Below, in pieces: positions 42,701 to 53,322 of a stretch of 64,000 nt of DNA. Each line of letters opens with the position of its first letter. The stretch's first letter is position 1. Both the position numbers and the translations under genes were made by a program. Below the pieces are notes generated by a model. The model was not told the DNA's origin and did not search any database. It saw only the letters and a program-made list of their open reading frames with translations. Source of the DNA: Epithemia pelagica (taxonomy: Eukaryota; Protista; Bacillariophyta); contig OX337233.1 of assembly GCA_946965045.2 (NCBI GenBank), forward strand, positions 3,534,001 through 3,598,000, given 5' to 3'.

Positions 42701-45152
42701 CAATGTCGCAAACGTGTCCGTGATGCAAGAAAGATTATGGAAGAACTCAAGCGTGAACAAAAGGATGTGGGTAAACTCAAGGGCATGAACGAAAAGCTCA
42801 AACAGGAGATGGCAAGTTTACGTGCCATGCTTGCAGCTCAAGCGAAGGAATCCAACGCTAATATTGAACACGAAAAGGCAATAAAGGAACGAGAGGATAA
42901 AATCCAAGAATTGGAAAAGAGGGTTGCTGAGATCGAAAAAGAACTGGCGGAGGCCAAGAATACCGTATCTCAATTAGAGACTAAGCTCAAGGAGCAGCAG
43001 GATACGAACAAAGCCGACAAAGAAACCATTTATCAACTCAAATCTCGTGGATACACAGGGCAAGAGGGCGGTGCCATGAATCGTCGTGGAAGTTCGAAGG
43101 GAGGCATGGTTGCAGCACCCGCGCCAGTCGTTGTGGTTGCAGCCGATGGCCAAGTTCCCGAAGGTGCGATTCAAGTTCCACCCAACTATGTCAGTCCCGA
43201 AGTTTTGGCGGAACATCGCTCTCGCGTTGCCCGCTTGGAAGATGAATTGGAAGAAGAACGAAGATTGCGTCGTGAAGCCGATGGTGAAATTATTAAGCTT
43301 CGTGCAGCGATGAATGGTGTGAAGTTGGATGACAGTATGGTGTCTGCATTGCTAGCACCCCAATTGTCCACAACTGCCTCTTCTGGCGTGAATTCTGAAG
43401 AGTCTTCCTTCTCCGGAGATGCAGATCAAACTCCCAAATCGTCCGCGACGTCAAGGTACGTTCCACGTATGTGTGTTTCGCCTCGCTTTCATTTCCCATG
43501 TGCAATATTGTGTGTTGCTTGATGTGACAAATATGTGCGTGGCTTTTGCTGTGGTCTTATATTGCCGGAATGCGCCCTGGGTTTAGGTACATTTCGCTGT
43601 TTGTGTTTGCGATGCTGGCCCAAGTTTGTTGCGCGTTGTTGCTGCTGCTTCATCGACGTCGATTGCGCGTTCTTATGCTACACGAACTCGCCCGGTCCAA
43701 GGGGCTGGGTGGAGCGAGCTCTTTCTGAGTGTATGCCAGCATCAGTTGTGTTGATGTACTGATGAGGGAGTTATTTTGTAGAGAACTCCTGTCGTCGTTG
43801 TCATCGGATTAGAACTTGTAGCTTGTTGTTTTTAATCATTTCGCATTTCGCTTCACTGTGAGCAACGAACACAAAATCATTCACACTTTTTCTTCTTTCT
43901 TGTCTTTCACAGCAAACAACGGTCTTCGGTTCCTCCCGAAGTCACTGGAGCAGAAGAGAAGTCCGATGGAGGAAGGGCTGCAGAAGTTCAACATGCTTTG
44001 GACAAGCTTGGAATCGAAGAAGATCGAAAGAAAAGTTCGTTCATGGACAACTTTCGCGTTCGTGCCGACTTTATACCAAGAATCCGTCGAGGCAAGGGTG
44101 GCAAGGAAGGTGAAGAAAAAGAAGAAGAGGACGCACTCGCAGTGGGATGGAAAGTGGAAGTCCGCAACCGCAAGGAGCGAGAAGAAATGCTTCGTGATAA
44201 TGTTCACAGCTTTGAGAGCAAGATGAGAAAGTTTGTATCGATCCTGGAGGAGGGTATGGATGTTGTGATGTGGCAGCTAAATCGAGGACAACCCGACATG
44301 TCTGGAAGTGAATCAGCGGATGAATTTGCTGTCAAGTCGTCTCATGTGACTTTCAAGATGCATCGACGCGGCGAACTTTATGTACAAGCCGTCTTGACTT
44401 TTATGCTTCGAGGAGGATACTTGAGCAAGGCGATTGGACGCAACCGCAACGTGGACAAGACGGCTCTTGAACCACTTTCCCTTCACGACATTTTGGAGGT
44501 TCGAGCTGGATGCTCCGGATACGACCACGCGGAACTGCCAGCGTCTTCGGGCAAGGCCAAAAAGAAGAAGGATGCCTCCAAGACGAACGAGAATAAGCAA
44601 GCAAGTCTGTTCATTACAATCAAGGCAACTCCCACCCCGGTCGCCTCGGCACGGTCGTACATCTTCCGTTTCAAATCTCGATCCACCCGAAACGATGCTC
44701 TCCATGCCCTTCGTGTGGTGTTGGCCGACATGCAAATTCATGAGGGTGTAGGAATCTCAAACATTCAACAATCTTCACAGGGAGATGGATCCGACCACGT
44801 GGATGATGAAGATAAGATTATGATCCCATTGTCGGCGGTCCACGACGCGATCAATCGTGAACGCGAGAACTACGATCGTATTCTGCTCATGCTGTTGCAA
44901 GGCGGAGAAGATTTGAAGGAAAAGGAAGACGAATTGTGGGGTATGCGGTCCAAGCTGGAGTCTGTGATGCAAGAATCAAAAGAAAAGGACCGAGTCCAGG
45001 CCAATGATTCCAAGCTGATTATGCAGTTAAGCAAAAAGCTGGAAACCCTTCTCATGGACAATGAAGATTTGCGAGACCAAAATGATCGTCTCAACAATCG
45101 GCTTGTTGCAGTCGAAGCGGACAAAATGAACTTGATGGCACGAAGTGGATGA
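39797..45152 (+). CDS. Myosin heavy chain, 2 exons: 39797-43455 and 43913-45152 (~1632 aa)
   Basis: GESGAGKT, LEAFGNA, NSSRFGK, DIFGFE; about 5 IQ-like motifs; coiled coil. GTACGT donor at 43456 and TTTCACAG acceptor at 43912 fuse in frame with ORF 43998-45152 (PH-like segment + coiled coil). Confidence 0.9.
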
Positions 45153-46957
45153 GAGACGTAGATCTCGCTTCGTCCCCCAAGCCATTGCAAGCCAAACAAT
45201 CTACAACAACAACCATTAAGGAAAACTACTTTTGAGATGCGATTTCCGATTCATGCACGTACGGTAGGGATGTTGTGTGTTTTGTTTGCTCCACAAAGCT
45301 AGCGGTCCATTTCAAGCACAGAATATAGGCACAACGATCACAAACTACCGAGATTAAACTAACGGAGCACCCTTTTGTAGTTGACATGTGTGGAAGGCAA
45401 GGACACGAATCCTTGTTCTGTTTCGCTAGGAGCATAGATATGGGTAAACACGGAGCATCAGCATAGTAAATGGGAGGTGCAAATGAAATACTCCTAGTTG
45501 TGGGCTTGGAGTAAGATTGCCTTGCAGAAGTAAGCCTTCTCTGCACTCTACTAGGCATGCGAATCAAACTCATCTCGACTCTATAGAAGAAAAGGTCAAG
45601 TCGGTCATTGTCGTTTGTCCACATCCATGGTCCACACTGAAGTTTTTGTGCAAGAAGTCTTCAAGTTGCAGTGACGAAATCTGCGACTGTGTGCGACCGC
45701 CGTCCATTCCTTCCGTCGGTAACAAAGTTCTTCTGACAGTAGGTCAAAAAGTAGATGCGACACTTCCACCGGCGCGCTACGTTGTTCTGGTTGCATTCGT
45801 GTTCGTTTCGCTTTCTTGGCTACCGAACCGTTTCGACCAAGCGCTTTGGTTTTTTGTGCGAACCCCGAACCCATCATCACAAATCAAAAATCAAACTTTG
45901 TCCAAAGCAGGAATATATTAGCCGAACAAGAGTGAGCTTGTGAGTCCACTCAGCCCAACAACCACAACCACACAACTATTGGTCACGCAAGAAAACACAG
46001 TGCGCGTCGAAAGTCGAAACAGAGTCTCGACACTCGACAGCAGCAGGTGGGATGGTTCTCGTTTCTTTGTCACATTCACAGTGGACAGGGTCGAACCCAT
46101 TCTTGCGAGAAGGTTGACGAATAATCTCTCAGCTTCCGCCTCTCTTGTTCTCGCGAGTAAACGGGAATTCACAAGAAGGATTGGAACGACGTGTGTGTGA
46201 CTGATTGCTCGGGAATGACAGTGATGGTGATGTCGAGTTGGAGGGGCGTTCATTCGGAAGAGCTGTTTGTGACATCGAATCACATGCTGTGAAATGGTGA
46301 TGGCCGTATTCCTCCATGACTCCTCTGTAGGGACAAACGGTTCGCTGAGGGACCAACTTTTTCTTTCATTCTCCCCAATCTGCGTGCAGCCAGAGCCATC
46401 AAGGGACACCGACACTTCGGAACGACTGTTTCCTGTTACTGCTCCTGCTGAAAAGTCCCAGAGCATCAACATGAAACAATGACCATTGTAACATGTACAT
46501 TGTTGCCAATCATCCATCGGCATTGGCTCTGTTTGACGCAGATCAGGGAGTGCCACAACATTGTTTCACCTACGTACGTTGAATGTCATGGAAGCATGGT
46601 GTCAGGTCAACCAACTACCAGAGTAAGTGCCTCCTGTATGACCACCATACTACCCATCTTGTCTGTGCACATTTTGTTCTAACGAAACTACCATTGACAG
46701 TCTCAAATGGTTCTTATGTGCGATTATTTACAGCAAAAGCACTTGCTCGAATACTTACAATCACGGTTGAATATAGCTGCGAGTGGTGGAACTCTCGGGA
46801 TTTGCTGAAGGTGCGAATATGGTTCTCGCGGGCCCAGTTGTCAGGAAACGATACAAAAGATCGGGCATCTTGGATGAACAGTGAACAGAAAAAAACAGAA
46901 AATGGTTAATGGTCTCCTTGGTCATTGTCGCCGCTCCCACTCTCATCATAATATTCA

Positions 46958-48763
46958 TCAAAGAAAATCAAAGATGTTGTCGATGGAGCTCAAATCGGTG
47001 TGCTGACTAGCTTGCGTCATGTTATCCGTTGGAAACTGAGGGATTTGGCTATTTGGGTGATGGTGGTGGTGTTGTGGATGATGATGATGAGGGGGGCCGT
47101 CGGCAAGGTGGGGGTAAGCGGCAATGGGTGGTGGTACTCGGGGATGATGATGAGGATGGTGAGGATAGTGATGATGTTCTTCATCTCGCTCGGCTTGAAG
47201 TGCGCGTTGCACAACCGCGGCCATGACGTGATCCGCAACAGGGCTCAATTCTCGTTTCGAAGTCGATGCCTGTCCTGGAGGAGGTCGAGATCTTTGGGGT
47301 GGCATGTATGCAACCGAGGGATCACCGGGGTTGGGAGGTTGGTGATGTGTCGTTGGAACCTGCGGAGGGCGAAGCTTGCTGTGATCATGGTGGTCGACGA
47401 CCAGTTTTCTTCGTTTTCGGCTTTCTCCACCTTCTCCGACGGGGGCGTTCTTGCAGGCATCCTGTTCCAATGGATGGGGACGTGTGGAACGTTCGGCCGT
47501 GGAAGATGAATCGAATCTGAAGTAGGCGGGCGGTGCTTCGCCTCTTGGTTGCCGTTTGGGGGCTTCTTGAGACTTGGTTTCTTCTTCGGGCCTCGACTCT
47601 TGTCTCCCTCGTTTGGATGGAGGACCGGATGGAGCTTCTGGTGCTTCTTCACTGCTGTTTGCCGCTAGACCAACAGACTGAAGGCGTAGCCGTATCAAGT
47701 GCTGCGTCATGGACGAAAAGAGCTCCATGACATGTTGGATCATGGTGCCAAGTGGCGACATGCGTTCGGCCTCGCTTAACACTGGATAAGGGACGTTGGC
47801 TCCCGAAAATTGATCCAAATATTCCCCCGCTCCTTGGCGAAAGTGTCCCAATGTCAAGGGAGCTTCTCGGGGAGCCCCAGACTCTGAGTCTTGTGCTTGA
47901 GATGGTTGCTGAGAGGAGAGGCTGTGCCTAGAAGAAGGAGCAGAATTCTTTTGTCGGATAGCGAATTCATGAGAGAGCGTGGCATACGAAAGCCAAGCGG
48001 CTCGTTCACCACCTAGTCGGTTCGAAGAATCATTTCTACCTTCATCGCCTCCCATGATTTGAACCACAGTGGAAGGATGCAACAAGGAAATGGTCCCCGA
48101 GCTTGTGGGCCGACTGGCGGCACCTCCGATCGTCAAGGCCTTTCTCATCCAGGCATCGTATTCGAGCATGAACTCGCTCTTGCTCTTTTCACTGTTTTTT
48201 CGGAATTTTTGCCAGTGGCTCTTGACTCGTTCATTGGTGACACCCGACATTTTTTCTTTGTTTTGGCTGCTTGGTTGCTGGGATCCCACCATATCGGTCA
48301 AGCTTCCTCTTCGCTTCCGACCGCCTTGTTCCGATGTATCAATCAACGTCATGTACTCCATAATTACGGCCGGGGAAGCGTGGCTCATACCGAGTGTAAA
48401 AATTGCTTCGACAAAGGAGCGGTGCATTTCGGGTGTCCAGGGAGGAGCTGTATCCTCGTCATCCTCCTCCTCCCCCTCTTCCTCATTTTTGCTATATCGG
48501 TCGTGGATCAATCCATGAATCTCGTCCTGTTGGTTCGTACTCTTTCGATTTGCTTTCCAAGACGAAGAAGAAGATTCGAGAGCGTCTGAACCCATGGATG
48601 GCTCTTTCGGTTTGTTGTGGTTGCGGGTGTAACGATGGTACGAGGGAGCTAGTTGATGAATCAGAGAGGACCTGCCATGCTCGTCTGGATAAACGACTTC
48701 TTTCTCTTGTTGGTCGTAATCGTCCGGGCTCAAGCAACGTGGAGACTGAGAATCAGGAACCAT
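46958..48763 (-). CDS. GARP/SHAQKYF-class single-repeat Myb transcription factor
   Basis: WTPEMHRSFVEAIFTLG...ASP..IMEYM and VTNERVKSHWQKFR; His/Pro-rich low-complexity tail. Confidence 0.85.
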   Translation of the reverse strand: MVPDSQSPRCLSPDDYDQQEKEVVYPDEHGRSSLIHQLAPSYHRYTRNHNKPKEPSMGSDALESSSSSWKANRKSTNQQDEIHGLIHDRYSKNEEEGEEEDDEDTAPPWTPEMHRSFVEAIFTLGMSHASPAVIMEYMTLIDTSEQGGRKRRGSLTDMVGSQQPSSQNKEKMSGVTNERVKSHWQKFRKNSEKSKSEFMLEYDAWMRKALTIGGAASRPTSSGTISLLHPSTVVQIMGGDEGRNDSSNRLGGERAAWLSYATLSHEFAIRQKNSAPSSRHSLSSQQPSQAQDSESGAPREAPLTLGHFRQGAGEYLDQFSGANVPYPVLSEAERMSPLGTMIQHVMELFSSMTQHLIRLRLQSVGLAANSSEEAPEAPSGPPSKRGRQESRPEEETKSQEAPKRQPRGEAPPAYFRFDSSSTAERSTRPHPLEQDACKNAPVGEGGESRKRRKLVVDHHDHSKLRPPQVPTTHHQPPNPGDPSVAYMPPQRSRPPPGQASTSKRELSPVADHVMAAVVQRALQAERDEEHHHYPHHPHHHPRVPPPIAAYPHLADGPPHHHHPQHHHHHPNSQIPQFPTDNMTQASQHTDLSSIDNIFDFL

Positions 48764-49494
48764 GGCGTCTCCTCCTCCTTTGCTGGATCGTTCGTTGCAC
48801 CTTCAGGAAAAACGAAAATGAATCGGCAGTGTGTGGTTGGTCTGTCTCCGTTTGTCTTGCCCATTGTTATGTTCCGCCAAATAGTGAGAACGCCCACTCT
48901 GTTGTCTCTCGGTAAATTTCCCCCACATCCACAACCATTCTTGAGACAAGAGAAGCGAGCTTCTTATTATTCACTTTGACTTTTACTTCCTTCCCCGGAG
49001 CATTATCATGGAAAATTTCCCTCCCTCGACTTAAGCCATTGGTTCGTGGCTCGTGGTACGGGTTTTGGAATTTAAAGCTGGCCATACATTCAGTACCGGT
49101 ACAGGATCAAGAAGGCTTATGTTCAAGACATGACCCTTGTTTGATTCCGGTTGGGACGGAATGTTTTTCGTTAAATAAGCATAAGCCCTCAAAGAGACAC
49201 GGATGGTTGGGGAAGGTGTTGAGCAAAAGCGCGTCTGGTGTCTTCCGGTTTTGGGTTTTCCATTGCTGCTCGGGATTCCGGATGCTTCCGCAAGAACAGA
49301 GGTGCTTCGCAAGAAGTCACTGCATGTGCCGTATCGCATCGTCAGTCACGGAAACAGAACCATTGCTCTCACAAAACAAACACCGAGAGTATGTGCAAGA
49401 GGAAAACGAGAACTTCTTCGTCTTTGTGCACCAACCAAAAAGCCTGTTTGGTCTCACAAAAAAAAGAGAACAACAAAACGCCACAACTGAAAGC

Positions 49495-50361
49495 ATGTAT
49501 TTGGAAACTGAACCCGCACCATGGATGCAACTCCTCCAACCTCCAGCTTCTGTGCAACCACACGATCACGATGATGACGATGCATCTTCGCTTGGCTCAA
49601 CCATGACGGCAGTGCAAGACTCCCCAAGAAAAAGCGCCTTGATGCACAAAACGAACCATACCACTACTGTGCCAAAACAACAACAAGACTCTGTCACAAC
49701 GACAAGTCGCAAAGTACGCCACACGGTTCAGTTTCGGACCGACTTGAATCAAGTTCACGAATTTGAGCGATACTCCACTACTACCACCAATGATTCTGCT
49801 ATTCCTATATCGCGAGTTCGAGAATTGTGGTACACGCCCATGGAAATTGCCATGTTTCGTGATCAGGCCGTGGACGATGCCCGACAGTTTTTGTTGGCCA
49901 GTCGTATCACCAATTCTCACTTCAGCTCCTTCCATGACGACAATGGCAAACCAATTCCTGCACAAGCTTGGAGCATGGGAATGCGTATACTGAATCGTGT
50001 CTATCAAGAGTGTACCGATCGCACCAGTTTGGATGAAATTCCCTTGTTGCATCAAAAGCTGGTCCAAGTGTACGAATGGGTGGGATCGCAACTCCTCGGA
50101 TTGGAAGAATTCTTGACGCTTCCCAATCGACCACGACGACGAAGCGTGACCCGTCAATCTTTGGACCGGATCGACCTTCTTCTGCCCGTATCCAGAGGAT
50201 CACAAGTGTTTGCTCACGAAATCGCCGTGGCCTTGCATACCTCGTTACTGCAGGAAGAAGAAGACGACGATGACGATGATGACGAGTACGACAGCGATGA
50301 CGGTGATGAAGAATACGACGCCAGTATCGTAGAAGAAGAAGATAGTGACAATGAGGACTAA
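49495..50361 (+). CDS. Hypothetical protein with acidic tail
   Basis: VQFRTDLNQVHEF...ELWYTPMEIAMFR motif of a kind common in diatom hypothetical proteins; start uncertain (ORF open from 48976). Confidence 0.6.
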   Translation: MYLETEPAPWMQLLQPPASVQPHDHDDDDASSLGSTMTAVQDSPRKSALMHKTNHTTTVPKQQQDSVTTTSRKVRHTVQFRTDLNQVHEFERYSTTTTNDSAIPISRVRELWYTPMEIAMFRDQAVDDARQFLLASRITNSHFSSFHDDNGKPIPAQAWSMGMRILNRVYQECTDRTSLDEIPLLHQKLVQVYEWVGSQLLGLEEFLTLPNRPRRRSVTRQSLDRIDLLLPVSRGSQVFAHEIAVALHTSLLQEEEDDDDDDDEYDSDDGDEEYDASIVEEEDSDNED

Positions 50362-50846
50362 AATTGTCGAGCAACGCATTTGACACAAAGCTGATTCGCC
50401 GAGTTCAGTGGATGGACTTGAAGCAGCTTGCATTTTTGAAAGTCGCAAGACACTAGACACATAAACATAGAGAAGATATAATAGACAAGCGACAAGTTTG
50501 ATTACAACAGACAACAGGAGTATTGTTTCACGGTAAAAGTATGAGATCATGGTCGGTTTTGTCTCGTATACAAATGTGTCGGAGCACAGCTACCGGTACT
50601 TCCATCCCAATCGGCGGAAGAAGTACTCCTCCTCTTTGCTCAATCTACAAAACAAACAAGTACCAACAGTAGTGTTTAGTTCGGGGAGCTAGAGTGTACC
50701 AGAAGTATACGACATTGTGTCCCATGATGTGGTACACCCACCATTTAATTATATACGACCAGAACAGCCGCACCGAAACGGAAACTCCCGAACGCTTCGG
50801 TGTATGAATGCGCAATTGCCTGCAATGGCCACAGCACGTTCTCGAT

Positions 50847-50854
50847 ATCTCAGG
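50847..50854. repeat. 8-bp target-site duplication ATCTCAGG, left copy (right copy 57644-57651)
   Basis: An identical octamer lies immediately outside both TIRs. Confidence 0.95.
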
Positions 50855-51296
50855 CAGGGTTGTGAAGTACCTTAACGACATATATGAATACAATTAGTGT
50901 AATATATCCTGCGACCAAAAATAGTAGGATAAATTAATATGATATAATTCATATCTATCTACCTTTATGAATTTCATTTTTTCAAATATTCATTGCCTAT
51001 AAAACCATTGAACTTCATTTCGGTTATATATTCATTTCTGAAAATCTAACGGAATTAATTTCTCTCATTAATTACTTCCTATAATTATGTCTTATTTCAC
51101 TTTACTTAATTAAATGATGTGAATTAATTCTGCTCATTTTAGTAATTATATTCATTCCATTGTGTTTCACACACAATATCGCTATGGCTACGTGACTCGT
51201 GACCGATCCAGTCATGTTACAGGACTGTAGGAGAGAACAGTACTTCCGAGGTGCTGCTTTTGCATCAACGCCTCACTTGTTGAACACCATGGCACC

Positions 51297-53207
51297 ATGG
51301 CACTTGCTTCCCGTCCAAATGTTATTTTCGAATCGAAATGCTTTCCCCAATACCTCATGCATTGCAACCCTTCTTTATATACCATATTGATTGAATTGAA
51401 AGGCACAATGGCCTCGCAAAATCCTTCTGTCTCCCAAACATTACATGCCATTCAACGAAAAACCATACACTGGCTCATCCGTGTTGGTGGTCAAATCGAA
51501 TGTCCTCAACATGATACTGCCACACACAAATGCTGTATTCCCACTCTCTCTTTCCAAGATAAGCTCGACTTGATTTCCAGTATCATCCATCATACTCTTT
51601 TCCGAGGAACCCCCATCGCCAAGGACCCTTCCTTTCCTACTCAACACTATTGCATTGTGGATCAGCCCACTGCTTGCACGACCATCATTCTATCTCTTCG
51701 GTGCAATACACAATTTACAATTGTTGAAAACAATGCAATGACTGACTGTCTTCATTTCATAGAACACCAGCGCACGGTTTGTCCTACCACTTCTATCCGT
51801 TCTCTTGTCACATCTTGGATGATCAGGAAGATGCCCCTTATTTGTGTCCGTCAAAGACCACAAGAAATGGATGGGTTCAATGTCCTTGATTTACCCATTT
51901 CTCCAAGAGATGAATGTTCACCTCAAACCGAGTTCTACATCCCCTCGACTGCAGCTCCTTTCCTTTCCTTGCTCGAGGATCATGCGAGCGCCACCACCTC
52001 TTGTGTCGCATCAGAAGAGGAAATAGAAATTGTTCATCCCAACCCTACACCAAATTGTCATGCAACAGGAATAACAAGTTATCAATCACCTCTTCGATCT
52101 CCAACTCCTCCGCAACAACCAACCCACAGTCTTCAATCTTCATACGAGACTCCCCAACGGCCACAGGATCTGACCCACTCCGTATCAACTATGGCTGATG
52201 TTGCTACTCATTCACCCAAAAAGCAAAGAACCTTGAATCAAAACCTGTTTCCGGCTCATCGGTATTCAACTAGAGGTCAGAATGGTAAGATCACTGAATA
52301 CCTTCTGTCCATGTCACGGTCGAAGAAAACAATTCAGTATGTTGATGGCCAGACACAGAGACACATGCCCGGAGAAAAACCACTCCTCAAACAACACACA
52401 GAGACTCATGTACCACTTCCTGATTACGACAAACATCCAGAACTCAAACTGGAGCGGATTCTACAATTTTATTCCCTTCTAAACTTTTGGGAACCCTTGA
52501 AGAAGGACGGAATCGATGTTCCTCGCGATTCCTGGGAGGATTGGGTGGATTCATCTATTTCCCTAGATGACCCACAGGCCGACAGAGCTTTCATGTTCCT
52601 GATGACAATCTGCATGAGCTCCAGTACCTCAGATGCTCAGCTCAGCACCATCATGCCGCGCGTGTTTTCATTTGGATTAACTTCTGCCACTGCCGTATCG
52701 GATATTGCTCAAAAATTTGGAATGAATGCTTTCTGTTCCATCCTCTCTGAAGCAGGCCTTTTCTACAAAAACACTGAATGCATTCTCAATGCCGCTGATT
52801 ACTTTATACAACAATATAATGGCACGGTTCCCCCCAACATATCCATCGAAGAGCTCTCTACTTTGTATGGGATTGGGTATAAAACGGCTGCGATAGTGGT
52901 TGAAGCCTCTTTTGGTCGAACCGACGGAATTCCTTCGGACATCCATGTGATGCGATGGAGCAAGTATTTGGGCTGGACTGCAAGTACATCGAATGGCTAT
53001 CATTGCTCTAAAGAATTGGAATCCTGGGTTCCCCGACATTTCTGGAATAGAGTCAATCCACTGCTTGGGTCACTCAGCCAAATGGCTGTGTCTTCTGAAG
53101 CACCCAAAGTTCGAGAGCTCCTTGTAGAGTACAAGCATATGTGCCCTGACTTCAAAGCCAAGGTATTGAGTCAATTCGACAGATATACTAAGAAGAGAAA
53201 GTTGTAG
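51297..53207 (+). CDS. Endonuclease III-like HhH-GPD DNA glycosylase/AP lyase with ~400-aa unassigned N-terminal region; hAT cargo
   Basis: FLMTICMSSSTSD (cf. Nth LIAVILSAQATD), ELSTLYGIGYKTAA (HhH + Lys), GIPSDIHVMR (Asp), LESWVP..W..VNPLLG; no 4Fe-4S motif. Confidence 0.88.
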   Translation: MALASRPNVIFESKCFPQYLMHCNPSLYTILIELKGTMASQNPSVSQTLHAIQRKTIHWLIRVGGQIECPQHDTATHKCCIPTLSFQDKLDLISSIIHHTLFRGTPIAKDPSFPTQHYCIVDQPTACTTIILSLRCNTQFTIVENNAMTDCLHFIEHQRTVCPTTSIRSLVTSWMIRKMPLICVRQRPQEMDGFNVLDLPISPRDECSPQTEFYIPSTAAPFLSLLEDHASATTSCVASEEEIEIVHPNPTPNCHATGITSYQSPLRSPTPPQQPTHSLQSSYETPQRPQDLTHSVSTMADVATHSPKKQRTLNQNLFPAHRYSTRGQNGKITEYLLSMSRSKKTIQYVDGQTQRHMPGEKPLLKQHTETHVPLPDYDKHPELKLERILQFYSLLNFWEPLKKDGIDVPRDSWEDWVDSSISLDDPQADRAFMFLMTICMSSSTSDAQLSTIMPRVFSFGLTSATAVSDIAQKFGMNAFCSILSEAGLFYKNTECILNAADYFIQQYNGTVPPNISIEELSTLYGIGYKTAAIVVEASFGRTDGIPSDIHVMRWSKYLGWTASTSNGYHCSKELESWVPRHFWNRVNPLLGSLSQMAVSSEAPKVRELLVEYKHMCPDFKAKVLSQFDRYTKKRKL

Positions 53208-53322
53208 TAGTTTTCCTTCTACTTTTTTAATGTAACTTCAATCCACGTAATACTAATTCTTGTTAATCTCTCTTTGTTCTTGTTAATCTCTCCCGTCGTC
53301 ATTACATCATCACCTTGGAGTC

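Noticed and set aside
45200-46950. ORFs of 60-212 aa between myosin and the Myb gene
   Set aside because: No motifs, and they overlap on both strands; treated as intergenic.
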